NCBI RefSeq assembly: GCF_032444005.1
Contig: NC_091284.1
Span: forward strand, 552,606,001 to 552,670,000
Reading direction: 5' to 3'
From: Ranitomeya imitator
Taxonomy: Eukaryota
Length of the DNA: 64,000 bases
Shown here: in pieces, positions 25,437-36,258 of the stretch
Position numbering within the stretch: position 1 is the first letter of the stretch
Layout: each line of letters opens with the position of its first letter
Notes under the pieces: model-generated
Database searches by the model: none
What the model was told of the DNA's origin: nothing
Seen by the model: only the letters and a program-made list of their open reading frames with translations
Made by a program: the position numbers and the translations under genes

Positions 25437-26201
25437 TGTTGTGAATTCTGTTACCGAACTCCCTCCTGTGGTCATGAATGGTACTTCGGCGAGTTCTGTC
25501 CATGGACTCCCTCTGGTGGCTGTGAGTGGAGCTGCTGCTTCTGAGGTTCCTTCCACAGGTGACTTGGTTTATTCTTTGGCTGGCTGCTCTATTTAACTCC
25601 ACTCAGATCGTTACTCCATGCCAGCCGTCAATGTTCTTGTACTGGTTCAGTTCGCTCTTGGATCTTTCTGGTGACCTGTCTACTCCAGCAGAAGCTAAGT
25701 CCCTGCTAGTTAATTATTTGTTCATTGTTTTCTTGTCCAGCTTGCTATCATGATTTTGTCCTGCTAGCTGGAAGCTCTGGGATGCAGAGTGGCACCTCCG
25801 CACAGTGAGTCGGTGCGGAGGTCTTTTTGCACACTCTGCGTGGTCTTTTGTAGTTTTTTGTGCTGACCGCAAAGATACCTTTTCTATCCTCAGTCTGTTT
25901 AGTAAGTCTGGCCTCCCTTTGCTGAAACTTGTTTCATTCCTGTGTTTGTGACTTTCATCTTAACTCACAGTCAATATATGTGGGGGGCTGCCTTTTCCTT
26001 TGGGGAATTTCTCTGAGGCAAGGTAGGCTTTATTTTCTTTCTCTAGGGCTACTTAGCTCTTAGGCTGTGAAAAGGCATCTAGGCAGCGTTAGGTACGCTC
26101 CACGGCTATTTCTAGTGTGTGTGATAGGATTAGGGGTTGCGGTCAGCAGAGCTCCCACCATCAGGTCGTTCCAGGTGCTCCTAACCACCAGGTCCATAAC
26201 A
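25437..26201 (+). repeat. Array LTR1 (765 bp)
   Basis: TGTTGTGAATTC...GGTCCATAACA; TATTTAA at 25590-25596. Confidence 0.95.
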
Positions 26202-26338
26202 GTACAGCTGGCCCAAAGTATTAATGCATCTCAATAGAGGGATAAGAGAAGTTCTGAGACCTATTTTTTTTTCTCTGCAGTGTGTTTTGTCTTTCTTTTC
26301 CCCTTAACCTCTGGGTGGTTCAGGACACAGGTGTAGAT

Positions 26339-29300
26339 ATGGACATTCAAGGTCTGTCCTCTTGTGTGGATCATCTCACTGTAAGGGTACAAAACATTCA
26401 AGATTTTGTGGTTCAGAATCCGATGTTAGAGCCTAGAATCCCAATTCCTGATTTGTTTTCTGGGGATAGATCTAAGTTCCTGAATTTCAAAAATAATTGT
26501 AAACTGTTTCTTGCTTTGAAACCCCGCTCCTCTGGTGACCCCGTTCAACAAGTAAAAATCATTATTTCTTTGTTGCGTGGTGACCCTCAAGACTGGGCAT
26601 TTTCCCTTGCGCCAGGAGATCCTGCATTGCGTGATGTAGATGCGTTTTTTCTGGCGCTTGGATTGCTTTATGATGAACCACATTCAGTGGATCAGGCAGA
26701 GAAAATCTTGCTGGCTTTGTGTCAGGGTCAGGATGAAGCGGAGGTATATTGTCAGAAGTTTAGAAAGTGCTCTGTGCTTACTCAGTGGAATGAGCGTGCC
26801 CTGGCGGCAATTTTCAGAAAGGGTCTTTCTGAAACCCTTAAGGATGTCATGGTGGGATTTCCCACGCCTGCTGGTCTGAATGAGTCTATGTCCTTGGCCA
26901 TTCAGATCAATCGGCGCTTGCGGGAGCGCAAAGCTGTGCACCATTTGGTGGTATTCTCTGAGCATAGGCCTGAGCCTATGCAATGTGATAGGACTTTGAC
27001 CAGAGCTGAACGGCAAGAACACAGACGTCAGAATGGGCTGTGTTTTTACTGTGGTGACTCCACTCATGCTATCTCCGATTGTCCTAAGCGCACTAAGCGG
27101 TTCGCTAGGTCTGCCACCATTGGTACGGTACAGTCTAAATTTTTTTTGTCCGTTACTCTGATTTGCTCTTTGTCATCCTATTCTGTTATGGCATTTGTGG
27201 ATTCAGGCGCTGCCCTGAATTTGATGGACTTAGAGTTTGCCAGGCGCTGTGGTTTTTTCTTGAAGCCCATGCAGTATCCTATTCCATTGAGAGGAATTGT
27301 TGCTACGCCTTTGGCCAAGAATAAGCCTCAGTACTGGACTCAATTGACCATGTGCATGGCTCCTGCACATCAGGAGGATATTCGCTTTTTGGTGTTGCAT
27401 AATCTGCATGATGTGGTCGTTTTGGGGTTGCCATGGCTACAGGTCCATAATCCAGTATTGGATTGGAAATCTATGTCTGTGGCCAGCTGGAGTTGTCAAG
27501 GGGTACATGGTGATGTTCCATTGCTGTCAATTTCGCCTTCCACTCCTTCTGAAGTCCCTGAATTTTTGTCGGATTACCGGGATGTTTTTGATGAGCCCAA
27601 ATCCAGTGCCCTACCTCCTCATAGGGATTGCGATTGTGCTATTAATTTGATTCCTGGTAGTAAGTTTCCTAAGGGCCGACTGTTCAATTTATCGTGCCAG
27701 AGCACGCCGCTATGCGGAGTTATATAAAGGAATCCTTGGAGAAAGGTCATATTCGCCCGTCGTCATCACCGTTGGGAGCAGGGTTCTTTTTTGTGGCCAA
27801 GAAGGATGGTTCTTTGAGACCTTGTATTGATTACTGCCTTCTTAATAAGATCACAGTCAAATTTCAGTACCCTTTGCCGCTGCTGTCTGATTTGTTTGCT
27901 CGGATTAAGGGGGCTAGTTGGTTCACCAAGATAGATCTTCGAGGGGCGTATAATCTTGTGCGTATTTAACAGGGCGATGAATGGAAAACAGCATTTAATA
28001 CGCCCGAGGGCCATTTTGAGTACCTGGTTATGCCATTCGGGCTTTCTAATGCTCCATCTGTATTTCAGTCCTTTATGCATGACATCTTCCGAGAGTACCA
28101 GGATAGATTCATGATTGTATATTTGGATGATATTTTGGTCTTTTCGGATGAATGGGAATCTCATGTAAAGCAGGTCAGAATGGTGTTCCAGGTCCTTCGT
28201 GCGAATTCCTTGTTTGTGAAGGGGTCAAAGTGTCTCTTTGGAGTTCAGAGGGTTTCATTTTTGGGTTTCATTTTTTCCCCTTCTACTATCGAGATGGACC
28301 CTGTTAAAGTTCAGGCCATTTATGATTGGACTCAGCCGACATCTGTGAAGAGCCTGCAGAAGTTCCTGGGCTTTGATAATTTTTACCGTCGCTTCATCGC
28401 TAATTTTTCTAGTGTTGCTAAACCGTTGACTTATTTTACCAAGAAAGGTGCTGATGTGGTCAATTGGTCCTCTGCGGCTGTAGAGGCTTTTCAGGAGTTG
28501 AAGCGTCGTTTTTCTTCTGCCCCTGTGTTGTGCCACCCAGATGTTTCGCTCCCTTTTCAGGTCGAGGTTGATGCTTCTGAGATTGGAGCAGGGGCTGTTT
28601 TGTCGCAAAGAAGTTCTGATGGCTCGGTGATGAAACCATGTGCCTTCTTTTCTAGAAAGTTCTCGCCTGCTGAGCGCAATTATGATGTTGGCAATCGAGA
28701 GTTGTTGGCCATGAAGTGGGCATTCGAGGAGTGGCGACATTGGCTTGAAGGAGCCAAGCATCGCGTGGTGGTTTTGACGGATCACAAGAATTTGACTTAT
28801 CTCGAGTCTGCCAAATGGTTGAATCCTAGACAGGCTCGATGGTCGCTGTTTTTCTCCCATTTTGATTTTGTGGTTTCGTACCTTCCGGGCTCTAAGAATG
28901 TGAAGGCTGATGCCCTGTCATGGAGTTTTGTGCCTGACTCTTCGGGTGTTCCTGAGCCAGCGGGTATTCTCAAAGAGGGGGTAATTTTGTCTGCCATCTC
29001 CCCTGATTTGCGGGTGCTGCAGAAGTTTCAGGCTGATAGACCTGACCGTTGTCCAGCGGAGAAACTGTTTGTCCCTGATAGATGGACTAGTAGAGTTATC
29101 TCTGAGGTTCATTGTTCGGTGTTGGCTGGTCATCCTGGAATCTTTGGTACCAGAGATTTGTTGGCTAGATCCTTTTGGTGGCCTTCTTTGTCACGGGATG
29201 TGCGTTCTTTTGTGCAGTCCTGTGGGACTTGTGCTCGGGCTAAGCCCTGCTGTTCTCATGCCAGTGGGTTGCTTTTGCCCTTGCCGGTCCCAAAGAGGCC

Positions 29301-30396
29301 CTGTACGCATATTTCCATGGATTTTATTTCAGATCTCCCTGTCTCTCAAAGGATGTCGGTCATTTGGGTGGTTTGTGATCGCTTCTCTAAGATGGTCCAT
29401 TTGGTACCCTTGTCTAAATTGCCTTCCTCCTCTGATTTGGTGCCATTGTTTTTTCCAGGATGTGGTTCGTTTGCATGGCATTCCGGAGAACATCATCTCG
29501 GACAGAGGTTCCCAGTTTGTTTCGAGGTTTTGGCGGTCCTTTTGTGCTAAGATGGGCATTGATTTGTCTTTTTCTTCGGCTTTCCATCCTCAGACAAATG
29601 GCCAAACCGAACGAACTAATCAGACTTTGGAAACATATCTGAGATGCTTTGTTTCTGCTGATCAGGATGATTGGGTGTCCTTCTTGCCTTTGGCTGAGTT
29701 CGCCCTTAATAATCGGGCCAGCTCGGCTACTTTGGTTTTGTCGTTTTTCTGTAATTCTGGTTTTCATCCTCGTTTCTCTTCAGGGCAGGTTGAGCCTTCG
29801 GACTGTCCTGGTGTGGATACTGTGGTGGACAGGTTGCAGCAGATTTGGACTCATGTGGTGGACAATTTGACATTGTCCCAGGAGAAGGCTCAACGTTTCG
29901 CTAACCGCCGGCGCTGTGTTGGTCCCCGACTTCGTGTTGGGGATTTGGTTTGGTTGTCGTCTCGTTATGTTCCTATGAAGGTTTCCTCTCCTAAGTTTAA
30001 GCCTCGTTTCATTGGTCCGTATAAGATTTCTGAAGTTCTCAATCCTGTGTCATTTTGTTTGGCCCTTCCAGCTTCTTTTGCCATCCATAATGTGTTCCAT
30101 AGGTCGTTATTGCGGAGATACGTGGCGCCTATGGTTCCCTCCGTTGATCCTCCTGCCCCGGTGTTGGTCGAGGGGGAGTTGGAGTATGTGGTGGAGAAGA
30201 TTTTGGATTCTCGTATTTCGAGACGGAAACTCCAGTACCTGGTCAAGTGGAAGGGTTATGGTCAGGAAGATAATTCCTGGGTTTTTGCCTCTGATGTTCA
30301 TGCTGCCGATCTAGTTCGTGTCTTTCATTTGGCTCGTCCTAATCGGCCTGGGGGCTCTGGTGAGGGTTCGGTGACCCCTCCTCAAGGGGGGGGTAC
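26339..30396 (+). pseudogene. gag-pol: gag-pol copy 1 (inactivated)
   Basis: CCHC knuckle CFYCGDSTHAISDCP, DSGA, YLDD, RNase H, integrase, chromodomain; frameshift ~27693, TAA 27967-27969, frameshift ~29455. Confidence 0.95.
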
Positions 30397-31161
30397 TGTT
30401 GTGAATTCTGTTACCGAACTCCCTCCTGTGGTCATGAATGGTACTTCGGCGAGTTCTGTCCATGGACTCCCTCTGGTGGCTGTGAGTGGAGCTGCTGCTT
30501 CTGAGGTTCCTTCCACAGGTGACTTGGTTTATTCTTTGGCTGGCTGCTCTATTTAACTCCACTCAGATCGTTACTCCATGCCAGCCGTCAATGTTCTTGT
30601 ACTGGTTCAGTTCGCTCTTGGATCTTTCTGGTGACCTGTCTACTCCAGCAGAAGCTAAGTCCCTGCTAGTTAATTATTTGTTCATTTTTTTCTTGTCCAG
30701 CTTGCTATCATGATTTTGTCCTGCTAGCTGGAAGCTCTGGGATGCAGAGTGGCACCTCCGCACAGTGAGTCGGTGCGGAGGTCTTTTTGCACACTCTGCG
30801 TGGTCTTTTGTAGTTTTTTGTGCTGACCGCAAAGATACCTTTTCTATCCTCAGTCTGTTTAGTAAGTCTGGCCTCCCTTTGCTGAAACTTGTTTCATTCC
30901 TGTGTTTGTGACTTTCATCTTAACTCACAGTCAATATATGTGGGGGGCTGCCTTTTCCTTTGGGGAATTTCTCTGAGGCAAGGTAGGCTTTATTTTCTTT
31001 CTCTAGGGCTACTTAGCTCTTAGGCTGTGAAAAGGCATCTAGGCAGCGTTAGGTACGCTCCACGGCTATTTCTAGTGTGTGTGATAGGATTAGGGGTTGC
31101 GGTCAGCAGAGCTCCCACCATCAGGTCGTTCCAGGTGCTCCTAACCACCAGGTCCATAACA
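30397..31161 (+). repeat. Array LTR2 (shared between units)
   Basis: Preceded by a PPT; nearly identical to LTR1. Confidence 0.95.
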
Positions 31162-31298
31162 GTACAGCTGGCCCAAAGTATTAATGCATCTCAATAGAGG
31201 GATAAGAGAAGTTCTGAGACCTATTTTTTTTTCTCTGCAGTGTGTTTTGTCTTTCTTTTCCCCTTAACCTCTGGGTGGTTCAGGACACAGGTGTAGAT

Positions 31299-34200
31299 AT
31301 GGACATTCAAGGTCTGTCCTCTTGTGTGGATCATCTCACTGTAAGGGTACAAAACATTCAAGATTTTGTGGTTCAGAATCCGATGTTAGAGCCTAGAATC
31401 CCAATTCCTGATTTGTTTTCTGGGGATAGATCTAAGTTCCTGAATTTCAAAAATAATTGTAAACTGTTTCTTGCTTTGAAACCCCGCTCCTCTGGTGACC
31501 CCGTTCAACAAGTAAAAATCATTATTTCTTTGTTGCGTGGTGACCCTCAAGACTGGGCATTTTCCCTTGCGCCAGGAGATCCTGCATTGCGTGATGTAGA
31601 TGCGTTTTTTCTGGCGCTTGGATTGCTTTATGATGAACCACATTCAGTGGATCAGGCAGAGAAAATCTTGCTGGCTTTGTGTCAGGGTCAGGATGAAGCG
31701 GAGGTATATTGTCAGAAGTTTAGAAAGTGCTCTGTGCTTACTCAGTGGAATGAGCGTGCCCTGGCGGCAATTTTCAGAAAGGGTCTTTCTGAAACCCTTA
31801 AGGATGTCATGGTGGGATTTCCCACGCCTGCTGGTCTGAATGAGTCTATGTCCTTGGCCATTCAGATCAATCGGCGCTTGCGGGAGCGCAAAGCTGTGCA
31901 CCATTTGGTGGTATTCTCTAAGCATAGGCCTGAGCCTATGCAATGTGATAGGACTTTGACCAGAGCTGAACGGCAAGAACACAGACGTCAGAATGGGCTG
32001 TGTTTTTACTGTGGTGACTCCACTCATGCTATCTCCGATTGTCCTAAGCGCACTAAGCGGTTCGCTAGGTCTGCCACCATTGGTACGGTACAGTCTAAAT
32101 TTTTTTTGTCCGTTACTCTGATTTGCTCTTTGTCATCCTATTCTGTTATGGCATTTGTGGATTCAGGCGCTGCCCTGAATTTGATGGACTTAGAGTTTGC
32201 CAGGCGCTGTGGTTTTTTCTTGAAGCCCATGCAGTATCCTATTCCATTGAGAGGAATTGTTGCTACGCCTTTGGCCAAGAATAAGCCTCAGTACTGGACT
32301 CAATTGACCATGTGCATGGCTCCTGCACATCAGGAGGATATTCGCTTTTTGGTGTTGCATAATCTGCATGATGTGGTCGTTTTGGGGTTGCCATGGCTAC
32401 AGGTCCATAATCCAGTATTGGATTGGAAATCTATGTCTGTGGCCAGCTGGAGTTGTCAAGGGGTACATGGTGATGTTCCATTGCTGTCAATTTCGCCTTC
32501 CACTCCTTCTGAAGTCCCTGAATTTTTGTCGGATTACCGGGATGTTTTTGATGAGCCCAAATCCAGTGCCCTACCTCCTCATAGGGATTGCGATTGTGCT
32601 ATTAATTTGATTCCTGGTAGTAAGTTTCCTAAGGGCCGACTGTTCAATTTATCGTGCCAGAGCACGCCGCTATGCGGAGTTATATAAAGGAATCCTTGGA
32701 GAAAGGTCATATTCGCCCGTCGTCATCACCGTTGGGAGCAGGGTTCTTTTTTGTGGCCAAGAAGGATGGTTCTTTGAGACCTTGTATTGATTACTGCCTT
32801 CTTAATAAGATCACAGTCAAATTTCAGTACCCTTTGCCGCTGCTGTCTGATTTGTTTGCTCGGATTAAGGGGGCTAGTTGGTTCACCAAGATAGATCTTC
32901 GAGGGGCGTATAATCTTGTGCGTATTTAACAGGGCGATGAATGGAAAACAGCATTTAATACGCCCGAGGGCCATTTTGAGTACCTGGTTATGCCATTCGG
33001 GCTTTCTAATGCTCCATCTGTATTTCAGTCCTTTATGCATGACATCTTCCGAGAGTACCAGGATAGATTCATGATTGTATATTTGGATGATATTTTGGTC
33101 TTTTCGGATGAATGGGAATCTCATGTAAAGCAGGTCAGAATGGTGTTCCAGGTCCTTCGTGCGAATTCCTTGTTTGTGAAGGGGTCAAAGTGTCTCTTTG
33201 GAGTTCAGAGGGTTTCATTTTTGGGTTTCATTTTTTCCCCTTCTACTATCGAGATGGACCCTGTTAAAGTTCAGGCCATTTATGATTGGACTCAGCCGAC
33301 ATCTGTGAAGAGCCTGCAGAAGTTCCTGGGCTTTGATAATTTTTACCGTCGCTTCATCGCTAATTTTTCTAGTGTTGCTAAACCGTTGACTTATTTTACC
33401 AAGAAAGGTGCTGATGTGGTCAATTGGTCCTCTGCGGCTGTAGAGGCTTTTCAGGAGTTGAAGCGTCGTTTTTCTTCTGCCCCTGTGTTGTGCCACCCAG
33501 ATGTTTCGCTCCCGTTTCAGGTCGAGGTTGATGCTTCTGAGATTGGAGCAGGGGCTGTTTTGTCGCAAAGAAGTTCTGATGGCTCGGTGATGAAACCATG
33601 TGCCTTCTTTTCTAGAAAGTTCTCGCCTGCTGAGCGCAATTATGATGTTGGCAATTGAGAGTTGTTGGCCATGAAGTGGGCATTCGAGGAGTGGCGACAT
33701 TGGCTTGAAGGAGCCAAGCATCGCGTGGTGGTTTTGACGGATCACAAGAATTTGACTTATCTCGAGTCTGCCAAACGGTTGAATCCTAGACAGGCTCGAT
33801 GGTCGCTGTTTTTCTCCCGTTTTGATTTTGTGGTTTCGTACCTTCCGGGCTCTAAGAATGTGAAGGCTGATGCCCTGTCAAGGAGTTTTGTGCCTGACTC
33901 TTCGGGTGTTCCTGAGCCAGCGGGTATTCTCAAAGAGGGGGTAATTTTGTCTGCCATCTCCCCTGATTTGCGGGTGCTGCAGAAGTTTCAGGCTGATAGA
34001 CCTGACCGTTGTCCAGCGGAGAAACTGTTTGTCCCTGATAGATGGACTAGTAGAGTTATCTCTGAGGTTCATTGTTCAGTGTTGGCTGGTCATCCTGGAA
34101 TCTTTGGTACCAGAGATTTGTTGGCTAGATCCTTTTGGTGGCCTTCTTTGTCACGGGATGTGCGTTCTTTTGTGCAGTCCTGTGGGACTTGTGCTCGGGC

Positions 34201-35356
34201 TAAGCCCTGCTGTTCTCATGCCAGTGGGTTGCTTTTGCCCTTGCCGGTCCCAAAGAGGCCCTGTACGCATATTTCCATGGATTTTATTTCAGATCTCCCT
34301 GTCTCTCAAAGGATGTCGGTCATTTGGGTGGTTTGTGATCGCTTCTCTAAGATGGTCCATTTGGTACCCTTGTCTAAATTGCCTTCCTCCTCTGATTTGG
34401 TGCCATTGTTTTTTCCAGGATGTGGTTCGTTTGCATGGCATTCCGGAGAACATCATCTCGGACAGAGGTTCCCAGTTTGTTTTGAGGTTTTGGCGGTCCT
34501 TTTGTGCTAAGATGGGCATTGATTTGTCTTTTTCTTCGGCTTTCCATCCTCAGACAAATGGCCTAACCGAACGAACTAATCAGACTTTGGAAACATATCT
34601 GAGATGCTTTGTTTCTGCTGATCAGGATGATTGGGTGTCCTTCTTGCCTTTGGCTGAGTTCGCCCTTAATAATCGGGCCAGCTCGGCTACTTTGGTTTTG
34701 TCGTTTTTCTGTAATTCTGGTTTTCATCCTCGTTTCTCTTCAGGGCAGGTTGAGCCTTCGGACTGTCCTGGTGTGGATACTGTGGTGGACAGGTTGCAGC
34801 AGATTTGGACTCATGTGGTGGACAATTTGACATTGTCCCAGGAGAAGGCTCAACGTTTCGCTAACCGCCGGCGCTGTGTTGGTCCCCGACTTCGTGTTGG
34901 GGATTTGGTTTGGTTGTCGTCTCGTTATGTTCCTATGAAGGTTTCCTCTCCTAAGTTTAAGCCTCGTTTCATTGGTCCGTATAAGATTTCTGAAGTTCTC
35001 AATCCTGTGTCATTTTGTTTGGCCCTTCCAGCTTCTTTTGCCATCCATAATGTGTTCCATAGGTCGTTATTGCGGAGATACGTGGCGCCTATGGTTCCCT
35101 CCGTTGATCCTCCTGCCCCGGTGTTGGTCGAGGGGGAGTTGGAGTATGTGGTGGAGAAGATTTTGGATTCTCGTATTTCGAGACGGAAACTCCAGTACCT
35201 GGTCAAGTGGAAGGGTTATGGTCAGGAAGATAATTCCTGGGTTTTTGCCTCTGATGTTCATGCTGCCGATCTAGTTCGTGTCTTTCATTTGGCTCGTCCT
35301 AATCGGCCTGGGGGCTCTGGTGAGGGTTCGGTGACCCCTCCTCAAGGGGGGGGTAC
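31299..35356 (+). pseudogene. gag-pol: gag-pol copy 2 (inactivated)
   Basis: Same domains and lesions as copy 1, plus a private TGA at 33656-33658. Confidence 0.95.
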
Positions 35357-36121
35357 TGTTGTGAATTCTGTTACCGAACTCCCTCCTGTGGTCATGAATG
35401 GTACTTCGGCGAGTTCTGTCCATGGACTCCCTCTGGTGGCTGTGAGTGGAGCTGCTGCTTCTGAGGTTCCTTCCACAGGTGACTTGGTTTATTCTTTGGC
35501 TGGCTGCTCTATTTAACTCCACTCAGATCGTTACTCCATGCCAGCCGTCAATGTTCTTGTACTGGTTCAGTTCGCTCTTGGATCTTTCTGGTGACCTGTC
35601 TACTCCAGCAGAAGCTAAGTCCCTGCTAGTTAATTATTTGTTCATTTTTTTCTTGTCCAGCTTGCTATCATGATTTTGTCCTGCTAGCTGGAAGCTCTGG
35701 GATGCAGAGTGGCACCTCCGCACAGTGAGTCGGTGCGGAGGTCTTTTTGCACACTCTGCGTGGTCTTTTGTAGTTTTTTGTGCTGACCGCAAAGATACCT
35801 TTTCTATCCTCAGTCTGTTTAGTAAGTCTGGCCTCCCTTTGCTGAAACTTGTTTCATTCCTGTGTTTGTGACTTTCATCTTAACTCACAGTCAATATATG
35901 TGGGGGGCTGCCTTTTCCTTTGGGGAATTTCTCTGAGGCAAGGTAGGCTTTATTTTCTTTCTCTAGGGCTACTTAGCTCTTAGGCTGTGAAAAGGCATCT
36001 AGGCAGCGTTAGGTACGCTCCACGGCTATTTCTAGTGTGTGTGATAGGATTAGGGGTTGCGGTCAGCAGAGCTCCCACCATCAGGTCGTTCCAGGTGCTC
36101 CTAACCACCAGGTCCATAACA
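35357..36121 (+). repeat. Array LTR3 (shared between units)
   Basis: No difference from LTR2 that I could see. Confidence 0.95.
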
Positions 36122-36258
36122 GTACAGCTGGCCCAAAGTATTAATGCATCTCAATAGAGGGATAAGAGAAGTTCTGAGACCTATTTTTTTTTCTCTGCAG
36201 TGTGTTTTGTCTTTCTTTTCCCCTTAACCTCTGGGTGGTTCAGGACACAGGTGTAGAT

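Noticed and set aside
26202-26225. tRNA primer-binding site
   Set aside because: No TGG adjacent to the LTR and no tRNA 3' complement that I recognise; complementarity to the LTR explains the site better. A tRNA database search was not possible.
30300-30400. env-like or extra ORF between pol and the 3' LTR
   Set aside because: The chromodomain runs directly into the PPT; there is no room for another gene.
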